From the NCBI GenBank assembly GCA_905178155.1, contig CAJINV010000001.1, positions 1,725,904 through 1,789,903 of the forward strand: DNA of 64,000 bases. Reading direction: 5' to 3'. Source of the stretch: Amoebophrya sp. A120 (Eukaryota > Protista > Dinoflagellata). The translations under genes were made by a program, and so were the position numbers. The notes below the pieces were generated by a model. That model had not been told where the DNA came from, made no database searches, and saw only the letters and a program-made list of their open reading frames with translations. This document shows, in pieces, positions 25,701 through 38,240 of the stretch; within the stretch, counting starts at the first letter, position 1, and the number at the start of each line of letters is the position of its first letter.

Positions 25701-28661
25701 ACCACACCCCCAGCATCCAAAATACAACTACCTGCAATTATTTTTCATCTCTTCATGCATCAAATAAGTAAACATGAAGCCCTTCTTGTTGTTAAGCCTG
25801 TGAATGTGTTCGCAAAAATGGATGGGGCGGATGTTTTTTTTTCTGGGCATATTCCTTCCGGGTCGTGTAGCTCGTCTCCAGCATAAAGATCAGCTGTAAA
25901 AAGCCCTTCGAAATCATCATCGTCGGATGATTCCTCCGATGAAGCAGGATCACCATGAACACCGTCAGACTGCCCCACGTCTGCACTATGTTCTTGCAGC
26001 GGCTCTTCATCTTCATCACTCTCGGACGACTGCGAGTGCGGCTCCTCGATGTCGTGCTTGATGATCTCATCAGCCGCGCCGTCAAACAAACCAGCACTCG
26101 TCGAAGTGCTTGTTTGATTCGTCGACTATGCATTGCACAAGTGTCCGTGTCGTACTAACTTGTAGAAATAGCATTGCACTACATTTTCCGAGATCCAGAA
26201 GGAAAAAATCAATCTGTAATGCATAAATGCAAGAAGTACTACGAGGTCAATGAGAAGTACTATACTTTTGCAATCCATATCGACGCGCCGTCTGTAATTT
26301 CAAGAGTATCGCGTTCCTGTGTCTGTTGGTTGAGCTCGTCGGGCTTCGCGGCCAGTGAAGATGCTTTAGCCACCTGGAGGAGAACAGTAGAGGATGAATT
26401 TGCTGTGGCAGCTGTCACAGCTATGCATGAGAAAACGTGCCTGAATTTGTCATTCACAGCATGCGTAGGAGCCTAAATTTGCGATGCATGACTGCAATCA
26501 GTGAAGGTGAACAAAACCGTAGATCATAACGCTATACACTTTTTCTTGTGATAGCAGCAGAAGAAGTTGTAGTCGTGTGATTCTTCTTTGCCCGCTCATC
26601 GTCTCCTGGAAGTGCTTTCTCCGACTCCTCGCCCTCCCCTTGTAGTACGTCGACGTCCTCCTGCTCTGTTGCGTATGTATAACTTTTGCTACTTTCGTTG
26701 TCCAAGAACAGAAGCGCTTCTACAACTTCGGGAGGAGGTGACGAAGATGGCACTTGTACCTCGGATCGACGTTCCTCGGCGCGCTGTTGAGAAGTTGTCA
26801 TCCTCTGCGAAGCAGGAGCAGAAGGGGCTCGAGCCCCAACCTCCAATTCAGAATCTTGCTGGTGCTCTGCTACTTCTCCTCCTGCACCGTCAGGACGAGA
26901 TTCCTCTCTTTGCTGGCGGCGCAACATCGTCCAAGCCTGCGTGGAAGTCGTAGTACTACTACTGCTCAGCACTGCCGATGGCGTCGAGGTGAGCACTTCG
27001 CTCGAAGGCGGGACCAGCGAAGTCGTATCCAGGTCGTTGTGAGTGTTGTTTTTATTCGCGCCCTGAGCTGCTACAGCTGAGGCGTCATCTGGTGCGGATG
27101 CTTTTTGTTCTTTCGTTGCTGAGCTCATTGTCATCATCTCGATGGCTTTTTCTTGCCCTTCTCCTGCTCGTTTCTGGTTTCCTGCCTTCTTGTCGTGCGC
27201 TGCAGCAGCAGCCTCCTCATGCTCTCCGCCTGTCCGCCTGAGCATCTTCAAACTCGCTTCGACAGGAAGAGCAGCTTCAATTTCAGGCTCCACCGCGAGG
27301 TGATTTTGATAGGCGACGCTTGGCGCGGAAGCGGTATCAGAACCATCCTAACCAAGGTCGACGTCGACGCGAGACGCGGTCGCGCTCTTTCTCGTCTCCT
27401 CCGTGTTTGAGTTTGCGGCCACATTACCAAATATAGCCGCCGGGGCGGAGGTAGTGAGGTCGTGGGCGTTTTCTTGCCGGCCATCGCCTTGGCCGTGGCT
27501 TTGCTTTTTCTGGGATCGCCATACCGCCGCGCGTAACGTTAGGCCGGGCGGTATGGCGGCCGCTTGATAAACGTCGCAAATTCTGGCGAATTTCCGAATT
27601 TCCTTTCCGAAAGCCAGGCCCCATGCTATGGGGCCGATCCGGGCGCCACGGGGGGCGCCCAAAAACCGAAGGAAAACCGGGCCCATAGCATGCGGATTGG
27701 CTTTGCGCGTCTGGCGCGCTTTTTCTTTTTTGCGTTTTTATTTTTCTCGCCGGCGCTTTTTGCAAAGCTTCCCAGGCTCTGAAACCGGCGAAAAGGCCAG
27801 GCGGCCGCTTTCGCGGCCTTCCAAAATGTTCCGAAATCGCTGCCGCGCCATGCTGTTTCGCTGTTCTGATTTTGGGCGCGTTTCTTTCGGGCGCCCTTTT
27901 GGGCGCCCCAAATCGCCAGAAACTAAGGCGGTGGGCGCCTCAGAAGGGCGCCACTTTTGCCGGCTGCTCCCCTGCGTCGTTTTATGAAGTGCGAGTCGAT
28001 AGTTTTCAACCGGGCGTGTTTGATGGCAAAGCCCCGCCCGCTTGATAATTGAAAATCTTTTATGTCAAAAAACGCTTCCGGCCGCTTGAAAACTGCCGGC
28101 CGTTTTGCTGTCTGGCTGTCAAAAAAACTCCCTGGTTAGAGCCGTTCGGTGACCTCACTAAATATGAACAGCATCGCTTCCCGCCCCAAAAGCGGAGGTC
28201 GTTCGTCGGTCATCGCGTCGCAGTTTTTTCGTGCTCGGTGCCGAAGAAGTGTGCGTCGCAGGTGTCCCGCCCTCGAACAAAAACTCTGTATCTGGCACGG
28301 ATCGAGGGGGATCTGTATGCGTCCGCTTAGACGCAGTGTCACTGCCGTCAGCCGAGTCCCCGTTCGGTTGTAGCTCTCCCAGAAGATGAGTCTGTGGCCC
28401 ACTCTTCGCAACAACTTCCGCCAAGCAAAACGCTACGAACGGGTACGAGCTGCCGCCCGGAGTCGTAACTATTCCTTGTGGTGGAACAATCCAACAAAAT
28501 GTGAAGAACGTCGTAGCTTGCAGCACGACTTCCACCAAACATGTCAGCAGATGACACCTCGAAGCAAGAACGGCTCCGAGCGGGACCGTCGACGAGCAGA
28601 GCGAAGTTCTCACATCGCAGCGACTTCTGAGACTTCTTCCCACCGTCTTGTTCCGCCCCAT
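22771..28661 (-). CDS. Large Cys-rich type I membrane/surface protein; six TIR elements, a mini-insert and a ~1 kb island; region above 27350 uncertain
   Basis: Repeated C-x-G-xx-C...CC modules; TM completed after element removal (VVGVGLGVLGYFAGNRMG...stop); all element joins from 22837 to 26553 stay in frame. Confidence 0.65.
22837..23159. mobile_element. Introner-like TIR element, family A (diverged)
   Basis: TATCAAGTGCAAATAATATCTGGGT...CCAGACCCAGACGTGTTTGCAAGACTGCATA; flanks ccgac/ccgag. Confidence 0.82.
23955..24316. mobile_element. Introner-like TIR element, family A-like (highly diverged)
   Basis: TATGCATTGCGAATGT...ACATTTGCATTTTATA; flanks ccgcg/gtgcg; removal gives NKCAGSVCNSDDLYTCC. 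Confidence 0.72.
25279..25413. mobile_element. Introner-like TIR element, family B
   Basis: TATGAACTGCAAAAGTATCGCA...TGCGATACTTTTGCAGAGGATA; flanks ctccc/ctcct. Confidence 0.9.
25686..25851. mobile_element. Introner-like TIR element, family C (diverged)
   Basis: TATTCCCAGAAAAAAACC...TGTTTTTTTTTCTGGGCATA; flanks cccct/ttcct. Confidence 0.78.
26127..26279. mobile_element. Introner-like TIR element, family B (diverged)
   Basis: TATGCATTGCACAAGT...ACTTTTGCAATCCATA; duplication TCGAC. Confidence 0.85.
26422..26553. mobile_element. Introner-like TIR element, family F (left end may be 26413)
   Basis: Right end ACACTTTTTCTTGTGATA identical to the 55230 copy; flanks acagc/gcagc. Confidence 0.72.
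27348..28328. other. ~1 kb insert-like island with a GC/A-T-tract core and many GGGCGCC motifs and hairpins
   Basis: Composition differs from flanking exons; 10-bp inverted repeat TAGTGAGGTC (27452) / GACCTCACTA (28151); bounded by the DGSDTAS duplication. Confidence 0.5.
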
Positions 28662-28777
28662 CGTTTAACTGGAAGAACTGTCTCGGTCACGTTCTTGGTT
28701 ACCGCATAATCATGCTGCAACTGTGGTTCATTTAGACCAACCGAAGAACACAGAAGTCTGGACATGCACTGAAAATA

Positions 28778-28830
28778 AGGCTGCCGACGTGAAATAAGTA
28801 CGTAGGCTGCCGACGTGAAAAAATAAGTAC
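28778..28830. repeat. Short tandem duplication AGGCTGCCGACGTGAAA(AAA)TAAGTAC x2
   Basis: Direct reading of the sequence. Confidence 0.7.
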
Positions 28831-30439
28831 TAGTACTACGTAGTTAGTACTAGTAGTAGGAATTAAAGACAAAAAAAGAAGAGCTACGGGTACTTGCCTC
28901 GTTGGCGCTCATGACACGTCGATTCTTCAGATGCATGATGCCTTGTAAAATAGTAGCACCAGCAGAACAGAAGAACAACTCTCGCCCTCATCTTGATCTC
29001 CGGCTGGTCTCTCTGGGTGTTCTGTATTAATACACCGAGGCTTGGCTGACCTTTGCTCATTGGAAACTGAGACGTACAAAGAGCCAGAATCCCGGAGAAA
29101 AGCTAAACAGATCACGGGAAACTAAATGCCCAGCTTTCCGAGGGCATGTATGGCTGAACAAAGGGCATCAAAGGGCGCACAGCTGGAAACACAGTTTTCT
29201 GTAGAGCAGCAAACACAGTTTTCTATAGATTCTATAGAGCTGTCCACGGGTCCTCGGGTTGAGGTCGTGGCAACCTCGTAGAGGTTGATGCAGTTTCTGT
29301 TTTTTGTGTTTTTTATTTCATTGCAGGATATTTGTTCTTGTCGGCGTTGTAGGGTTCTTGTAGAGGGGAGAGCTGCTGCCTGAAAGAAGTTGCCGCAGGA
29401 TGCAGAGGAATCAGCAGTATCACTCAATGACTGCGCTGAGTAATGGTCTTGAAAAGCGACACCATCAAGAAGAAAAACCTCATCTCGCACTTCAAAAAAA
29501 ACATAGGTGGATTTTTTCGAAGTGTTATTTAGAGATTTGATAATTTCCTCGAACAAACGCAGATCTTGTTCCTGAGATGATGTGCCTAATCTTCTATTTA
29601 GCAAATTAGTTCCAGTTCCTCGCATCCAAATCACAAGTAGAAGCTGCAACTACGTCGTGGAACGTAAAGCGCTTCGATTTCTACTCGACTTCTTCAGTAG
29701 CGAGCCCTCGCTCCTGGCAACAGAGGCCAGTGGTACATAGTTGACGCATCAGCTTCTGCGGGAGCACCAGGAGCAGCTATCTACTGTGTTTGTTCAGCAC
29801 GACCTAGGGGGCTCTTCGGATGTCATAGCGGCGGTAGCAACAAGTTTTCCAGGAGCTCTGGCAAGGCATCGACAAACAAGATAGCTTGGTTTTCTTTAGC
29901 CTCGACTAAATTTGATTTCCTATATTTTTCTTCGAAGCTGTCGTAACAGTGAACAGGGGTGTAGAAGATCCGCATATTAAAACTCGACGCATCATGTTGA
30001 AAAAGTATTGCAATGTAGTTGTAGTTTTTTACTCCAAATTGACGTAGAATCTATCACCGTAGTGCACAATTGCAAATGTACAATAGCGACGACAGTGTTG
30101 AGTAGAGTGAATTATCATATGGTTACGTTTTGAGAAATCATGTGGTCGCAACAATCTGTTGTTCCCAGTATTTTCTGACTTCACCAAATGCAGCAAATCC
30201 ACACCTTACTCCTTGGCCGGCTTCGGCATGAGCTCCTTCACCTCGATGCTTTCGGAGTTAGGCGTATCAGGATGAAAAAGTGTTCACATTATACGGCTTT
30301 CACTGTGATTGCAGCCATGCATCACAAAACAATTTCCTTTTGTGCATGCCATGCTAGACAAATTTCATGAACTTGCTTGTGCGTGCGTTTCTCCTGCATC
30401 ACAGGTTCTTCCGTAGTTTCAGCGTCAACATTTTTTCCT

Positions 30440-31136
30440 CTAATACGGCGCCTTCAAAATGTCCACGGTGATCTGCGGCACGAACTTGCCCCCGGGGATT
30501 TTGTAGTAGGTCGTGTTGCACTTCTCGATGCTCCCCATCTTCGCCTCCTCGATGCGGGCCGCGCACGCGATGGCGCAGGAGATGGCGTTGCCCAGCCCGG
30601 AGATGCGCAGCTTCGGCACCGGCGGTTTGTCCTCCCCCTGTCCCTTCAGAAAGGACAAGGCGGACCGGATGTAGAACGGGGTCGTCGTATCCAGAGGAAA
30701 TAATCAGCCACCGTAGTACGTTTTGATGTAATTTACTGTAAGTGCTGAATCGATGTCGGACCGACATCAGATACAACTTACTATACCGTTTCCAATTCCC
30801 CATCGTTCGTTCGTTGCGAATCGGCTCTGCCGAACGGGTAACCCAACGCCTAGCATACAAATGATCGACATAGGCCCGATACAAAAAGCCTAAGTCAATC
30901 ATATTAGCTCAGCATGACAAGTCATCTGATTTCTCATGATCTTCTTGGAAAAATTATTTGTGGTGCTTTTTTGTACGAGGTGTAGTATGGTAGATGATTT
31001 CTATCGGGTACGTGTGCTGCTTGGACACCTTCATGGTGAGCACCCCATCGATGACACCGCCACCCTCCTTCGGCGAGGATTCCCCCTCCGTCTTGGTCTT
31101 CTTGTCCTTGCTAGCGCCCTTGCGACCCTTCGCCAT
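30440..31136 (-). CDS. Alba-domain DNA/RNA-binding protein
   Basis: After removing 30688-31010+5 nt: MKVSKQHTTPFYIRSALSFL...LRISGLGNAISCAIACA...TTYY...VPQITVDILK, the Alba pattern. Confidence 0.85.
30688..31010. mobile_element. Old introner-like TIR element (singleton)
   Basis: TATCCAGAGGAAATAATC...GATGATTTCTATCGGGTA; internal GCATGACAAG; flanks cgtcg/cgtgt. Confidence 0.8.
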
Positions 31137-32596
31137 CTTGATGTTTTGGGTGGGTGGTGGGGTTTCGCTTGGATGTGTTTGACTGTTACTGAAGGTGCGA
31201 TTTATTTTCGAACCTACACGACTTTTTCAAGAATCGGCTGACTTCCTAGATATCTGCCTAGATTTTTTGAGTGAACTTCTAGATGTTCTTCTTTTTGAAG
31301 CACGCCCCCGCTGTGGTATTCGTATTGCAGGAAGGTGGTTTGTTTCTGATTTATATTTTCTCGTCGTCCTGATCCTATCACTATCCTCATCAACAATATT
31401 AAATCATGCAGCTCGTCGTGGCCAATCGTTTTTCACCAATGCTTTTTCTTGCTACCACCTCTAGATCTTGATCAAGCTGCTTACTTAGTTGCCTTGCCGA
31501 GGTAGTGGCTGTACTTCGTGACAATAGACAAAAGACGAACCTAAAGGCTCCGCTGCTCTATCAGGCTAATAGCAGATCTGGCGCGTTATAACTACAGGGA
31601 CTAACAACATCATCAATAATCAACTAGATGTTGAATGTGAAACGATACTGACGTCAACCCATTTTGTTTTCGCACCACTAAGACAGTATGGTAGGCTTCT
31701 ATATCGCTAGATCTACTAGGGCTACGCACTCGATAACAACTTGGACTTGCTGCGACACTACACAAGGAAGTTGTAGAAAACGACAACTAGAAATATATGT
31801 TCTTGATCCTCTTGCTGCTGCAAAGCTTCTCGTCTTGTTCACTATGGGTACTACGCCTCTAAGGTTTAAATCGTATTTGTCGGCGGCTAGCTGCGACGCA
31901 AAAAACTGGTAGTAGCTAGTAGACCGTCATATAATAAATAAGTACATCGCAGTGATGAACTGGACGTGGATTGTGATCTTTGTTTTCGTCTGCAGCTACG
32001 TTCTCTTTCCTTTGCTATCGTGCATGCCACAAAATACACGAACGAACAACATCGCAATCTTCAATTTGCGCAGTACTCTGCGCCAACCAATGCGCGCTGG
32101 AGCCCGGAGTTCATCTCCCACCTCCGCTCCGACATAAATATAGCTTGCGGGCTGGAAAAGGATTTTTGTTTTCTAGGAGGCCAATGTCAGGAGTTCACAG
32201 GACCAGAGGGTCTTTGTCGGCCAGTTAGTTTGGACGAACATGTTTTTTTCGGTCAAAGATGTAGATAATCATGATCCTATTAATTTACCTGGTGACTCCA
32301 TCATGCAAAAGTATGAAGCAGTATCGTATACATAGTTTGTCGAAACAACCCTTCATGCTCATGGCATAGGGGGTTGTGCGAATCCGTGAATTTCTCTGCG
32401 TTCTTTCGCTTTACGTCGTAGTTTAGCTCGTATTCCCTGGAAATATCTTTTATTAGAAACGAAGGTGATTCATTCTTGTTCCACCGAGCACAAAATGCAA
32501 CACGATGCAGCAGCAGCTTCTTTTGCACATACAGGACACTAAGTTTGTCCATACTAACTTCTGTAAATGTGCGGTGAAGATCTTCATCTTCTACCA

Positions 32597-33423
32597 CTAG
32601 GCACTGAGCTCTCCAAACTCTGGAAAAGGTTTCATCATGACGGGGCCAGACGCGGCCGGACGTAAGTACACTGGGCGATCGAAGGAGGACGCGTCCAGCG
32701 GGCCCTTGCCGTGTATGGCGTTCTCAAACGTTACATTCTCAACTGTTACATGAATTTGTAATGCAAGACTAGCACAGGCAAGATGGAGAATCTTGCGCGT
32801 CTTGCATTACAGGTTTGGTGCGGACTGCAGTGCTATTTAGCCCTCCGAGAATTTGTCATGCGAAGCAGCTTGATCGTCTGGCGGGTCATGGTCATTTTGC
32901 ATGACAAATCATGTAACAGTTGAGAATGTAACGCTTGAGAACCCCATACCGTTAAGGTCGTGGGTGTGATGGTACTGCACCGCCTGCACCGTAAACTCCG
33001 TAACGGCGAGGAGCGTCCCGTAGTTTATTTTATCAGGCTTTTCGTTTTCCCCTCCTCCGCTACCGCTACCCGGCTCTACTCCCGCTTCTATTCCCATCGT
33101 GGTCTATCAAATGTAAAAATGTCTGGGTCTGGAAGAATGCAACTTGTGATGCTGCGTTTGGCCTCTACATAGAATCTGTATTGCATGAACAGCAAAAGAG
33201 GTGTAATTTGTGCTACGCGGAGAGGGCATTTCTCATGCGGTATGAGCATCAGAAAGCCCTCGCACAATCTCTGATGCTAGGGCATGCATCACAGACCTCA
33301 TGGGTCATGCAAAATCTGCATGACAAACTCATGCATTCTTCCAGACCCAGACATTTTTGCAATCCATATGGTCGCGCTTGGTACCAGTCGTTGGGTCTTT
33401 TTCAAGACCAAGCGACGACCCAT
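32597..33423 (-). CDS. Hypothetical protein or terminal exons, with two elements
   Basis: In-frame join ...LVPSATTMGIEAG...HDLNGKGPLDASSFDRPVYLRP...; may connect to upstream exons at 33571-35206. Confidence 0.45.
32714..32948. mobile_element. Introner-like TIR element, family D
   Basis: TATGGCGTTCTCAAACGTTACATTCTCAACTGTTACATGA with a matching inverted end; flanks ccgtg/ccgtt. Confidence 0.93.
33105..33368. mobile_element. Introner-like TIR element, family A
   Basis: Family A ends; duplication TGGTC; near-identical to 58396. Confidence 0.93.
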
Positions 33424-33970
33424 CAGCGGCGGAATGCGGAACTGTTTTGTTGTTCTTGAAAAAGTCCAATCATAGTCTCATAGTCCTATTGTAAGTAGTA
33501 AAATTCGTCAAATTCTTGTCCACTATTCCTAAATTTTAGTTCACGATATAGAAAAGGAACCGAAAGAACGTCATGAGGAACTCATGTCCCAGATGACAGT
33601 ATTACACTGCAGTTCTTGCTTATGTAAATGTATCTTTACCTCCAAGACTTTTTCCCCTTCGCCACTGTCCGCGGTGCTGCTACTTTCTGGAGGCGGTTCC
33701 GTCATTGGGTAGCGAAATCCCTGGAACAGGTCGGTGCGGCGAAATTCCTCAAAGACCTTTCCTCCGTCCAGAAAGACAAACGTGCGGCCAAATAAAATAT
33801 CGCGCAGAGGGTTCGAATTCTCGAGAAAATTTCTGCCGGATAAGAAAGCGTCAACCACCCACGTCGAAGGGTTGAAAAGGTTCTCGAAGATGCTGTGCGT
33901 TGTGTTAGCAGGAAGGTGTTTCATCAAATCGTAGCGCTGACGTTCTCGTCGTCCTTGGAGCACAAGTGTG

Positions 33971-34038
33971 CTAGTGTCTGGCAGACACTAGTGTCTGGCA
34001 GACATGAAATAAGCAGACACTGTCTGCTTATTTCATGT
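33971..34038. repeat. Tandem quasi-palindromic 17-mer plus a perfect 18-bp hairpin
   Basis: CTAGTGTCTGGCAGACA x2, then ACATGAAATAAGCAGACA-C-TGTCTGCTTATTTCATGT. Confidence 0.85.
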
Positions 34039-35379
34039 ACGAAGGAATAAAAAAGTGCGTATTTATCACAACGTACAAGAACCACAGCGCAGCTGAGAAT
34101 GGTTCTTTGATGGGTTCAAAAATAGCATGCGTTTATACACTGTAGTCGTAAACAACGGCGTGAGCACGGTACTGACGAAGTCCGTAGTTCGGTCCAAAAT
34201 CCGTTTTTTCAGGGTGTCTTCGTAAATAGCAGCGGATTTGTATCTGTAGTTTCGAAGATTTTTCCGCCGGTTCACTTTTTTATTCGCTTTTTCTGTCTCT
34301 GTGGCAGCACATGACAGCAACCGGAAATAACAAGCCGGAGAAAAATTCAGAGTGAGACTTTTGATTTGAAAAAATCAAGATTTTGATTTTCCATGCACGA
34401 TGAATTCAAGTCTGATACATACTTACTTTCGCAGCAGCGTGGTAAGATCCTTGGAGACGTTCCCATACAACTCGTTCCACGGCACCAGCTCCTCCGCGGT
34501 AGGTTCTGGTTGAGAAATGTCGACAGCTGCACCGAGATCAATCTAAATCTCTCTTTCGAGGAAATTGACGCATGCTTTCAAACAATATCATACCGCTGAT
34601 ATGAGTCGAAGCTGGATTATCACAAAGTTCAACCTCTGTCGTGACGTGAAGCGGAGCTTCTGGTTCTGCTTTGCACACATATGATATAGGAGCGGAGCAG
34701 CAGTAGATGCAGGAGACTCACTTCGCCGCCTTGCACCGAAAAATATTGGGACTTTTCAAAAATATTGGACGATGTTGCAGCTACACAGTGCATGCAATCA
34801 CTTCGAGTATCAGTACTTATCTTTTGACGCGCCATTTTATCTTCTTTCTAGGGAGCTTGATGGACGATCTGCGTTTTTGCGTCGACATTTTTCAGAAGGA
34901 TATTTTCTTTTTCGGTTCCTGCTGGTCTCCCCCGCCACCCAGGAGCCACCCCAGGCCCTGCAGCCTCCTGCTACCTTCTACCTCGGGCACGACCTCGATG
35001 CGAAAACACTTGCTAAAACTTGCCGTCGCCGGGTCCGTTGCTTGTTCTTCCGCATTGTTCAGGTCGATAGAAACGTGATGCAACAGATTCGCCGCCGCCA
35101 CGGACGGTACTACGGATCGGACGTTATTGTGTCCCATCCGGCTGTGGATGCTCGCGTGATAGGCTGACACCGAGATGTGCGTGTGCGTGCCCGTCGTGTG
35201 AGACATTGCGTAGGTGCTAGAGTGGTGCCCAGATGCGTGCGAGTGCCCTGGAGGTCGGTGTAGTATCAGATTTTTTCATAGAATTTGGACTTAAAGTTGA
35301 AGAGAGGACCACATTTTTTCAAGTTCTAAACCAAAAACAAAAAGACCAGCAGGGGGCGCCGTTTCGCGTGGCCAAGAAG

Positions 35380-38240
35380 TTACTTACAAAAGGGGCAAAG
35401 AGCGCAGTTTTCTATACCTCCGGAACTATGCGCGGTGCCGTGGCTGTATAGCTTTCTCATCGGTGCTAGGAACCCGCTTTCGGAAGACGTGATCGCGTCA
35501 TCAACCTCGTCGTCTTCTCGGCGCGAGACACAAATGCGCTGCGGTGAGGACCCCGTCCGGTCCCGATTCCCACCGTCCGGCTCTTCACCAGCACTCAGCA
35601 TATCCTTTTTCATTTCATCTTTCCCCTGCTCCATGATCGCCAGAAGCCGTCTGGAGTTGTCATCCTCGGGCGGCGGGGGCTGGCGCTCCACGTCCCCGCA
35701 CGGCGCAACCAGGCTGCCATCCGAAAGCACTGGCGAGGGACTGGCCTTGACGAGCTGCGCGACCAAGTTCTGTGCCCGCTCTGTCGCGGCTGCTTCGAGC
35801 CTGGCCTGGAACGAAAACCACCACTGACCTACGTTTTTTATCCCCGAAGAGCCTGTAGCTCCAGCTCCTGCCGAAGCTGAAGAAGATGCAGTTGCTCCGC
35901 TCGAGGTAGATGAATTATTCTTGTTGTCTGCGGTTCTTATTTCCTGGGCCTGCTGGGGCGGTCCACCTCGCGGCGGGAGCACTACTTGTTCCTTGTCTGC
36001 CATTCCCAAAAAGGCAGGCGGCTGCCGCTCGATATGGACCATGTCCTGACCGCACTCGTCGTTGTACCCGGCGTGTGTCCGGATCTTGCCGAAAGGGGAA
36101 CATGTGGGCGACAGGGCTTCCGCGTTGAGCTCGCGCCGGTCCTTCAAGATTGCCATCTCGACGGGAGAATAGAGTAAGTACTCCGGGTCCGCGTCCGTGC
36201 CGCTCACCTTCCAGTTCGCCGCGTGCGGGGGGTACAGCCGCGGGTCCGTGGTGGCATCCGGCAGATCTTCCCCCATTGCGTTGGCAAACATGAGAATAGG
36301 TTCGTCGTACGCAAATCCGATGGTCTGCTGCGTGTCGAAGGTGAGGTGCTCGCAGATCTCCAATAGGTTCGAGAAAAATTCATGCAAGTCGGTCACCACG
36401 GACGCCTGGTCCACGGCCGCGGCCTCGGAAACCTGAAAGGCGGTTGGATTTTTGAACTTCCGCAAAAAAGCCGGCTCTCGCTTCGCCTTTGCCACCAGAA
36501 ACTCCACCTGGTCGCTTTTCGTGGCTTTCAGCGGGTTCGCCAGTCCTCCACCATTTCCTGGTGGAAATATTAACCCGCCTTGTTCGTCTTTCTGGCCAAA
36601 AAGTGCTTCGCGGGCAAGCATGACGTCCTTAAATCCCAGAGGGGCCAGAGCTTTGATCAGCCGCGCTTCCAGCATCGGGTAGATTTTTTCAGTGAATGCC
36701 GGGAGATAGTTGGCCCGTCCCGTGGCCAGCAGCGACCGCGCCTGTCGGGGGGATTGCACCTCGATGTCAGAAATCGAATCGGTAGGGCCGTCGAGTGCTG
36801 CTCCTGCTGCGAGCTGTTCTTGCATCAGCGAAGCAGGCGAGGAGCTGCTGACGAAGGACGATTTCAGGCCTTGCTCGAGGAAAGTTTGCAATTCAACTCC
36901 GGGCGCTCGGAAGATCACGCTGCCTGGAAAATATTTTTCCGGGTTCGCTGTTAGGTCGCCCGCCAATTTTGTGTAGAGTTCCAGGGGCAGGTACCCGTGC
37001 GCTCGATATTCGATGTGGGACGGATATGCACGCGAAAATTCAATATCAATCTGTGTGTCACGACGTGATGTTCCGATGCACTGCTCGTAGTTTACTTACC
37101 TTCTAGATCTAGACAGACACCCAATCAGATCCAGTCCTTACATCTTCATCACTGGCATCGCCATCAGTTCTGCTTCATGTTCATCAGGTTTCATCATTAT
37201 CACACTCAGCCATGCAATTCCAAGAACATTTTCTACACAAGACCACAAGAAAATTTTCCGCTTCGTATGAGGCACTCGTCCAAATTCCTGGGATCGCACT
37301 TCACGTAGGCGGGCATGGCCACATCGTCTTGATATTCGGCCGCGTTTTGTGGAATGATCAGATCCGAGCACACGTCGCTCTGAAAGATATCCGGGTAATT
37401 GAATTTCTTCGTGACAGTGCTGTCACTACTTTCCCCCGCGTCCAAAAGGTGCTTGAAAAGCCTGTACCCGGGAATCTCCGTGAGGGTGTCCTTCGGCGAT
37501 GCGCCCGAATGTTCTGTCATTGCCGCAGCCAGAAAGCGTGGCCGACGTTGTTTCGCATCAGGAACCTCCTCCCTATCAGCCAACCGCCGGTTTGCTTCCT
37601 CTACTTGCAGGAGTAGCCGTCCACCACGAGAAACGGGCTGATGAACGCCGTCAGGGCCGCCTGTGGTTGCACCTCGTGAAGTAGAAGATGTTGCTGGGAC
37701 TTCGAGTGAGTTCCTGCTTGCGCTTGCCGCCGACTCTTCAAGTAGTCCGCCGGGAATGTACAAATAAGTCCGACACGGCGGCACTGGTTTGAACATATTC
37801 CAAGCCCCGACTCCCAGGACTGCCACACCCGCGGTGGCCAGGCTGCAGATCGCGGCCTGCGATAGGGAACAAAGTCCGTGGGCAGCCAGGCGCCTGTCGC
37901 ACTTTCGCATCCTTCGACAGAGATCGTCCGCACATCCGTCGCAGGTGTCGGGAACAGCGGTAGCGGTGTAATGCTGGCGGAGCTCAACATCGGAATCGGA
38001 TGAAGTCGGTGTCGACGCCCGCTGTGGTCCTTGCAGTCGCAAATAATCACGCCTGTACTCTTCATTTGCGGTCAGACTAACGGCATCTACTGCTAGGTCG
38101 GGCACAGTAGCGGCGAATAGGATGACGCGGATAAGAACCGCTGCGGCTGATATCCTTCTGATTGTCATAGCTTGTTTCGCAAACATAATCATGAACGGAA
38201 ACATCTCCGTGTAGTTGTTGTGCATTTCGCAAAAAGTCAA
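35380..38240 (-). CDS. Hypothetical protein with N-terminal hydrophobic segments
   Basis: 335-aa and 528-aa ORFs join in frame across 37025-37267+5 nt. Confidence 0.6.
37025..37267. mobile_element. Probable ancient introner-like element
   Basis: TATGCACGCGAAAATT...AATTTTCCGCTTCGTA weak TIR; +5 rule restores frame; flanks unmatched. Confidence 0.5.

Noticed and set aside
3262-27350. General stop-codon reassignment, as known in one Amoebophrya lineage
   Set aside because: ORFs of 600-1446 aa have no internal stops in the standard code and genes end in normal stops; only three isolated in-frame stops were seen.
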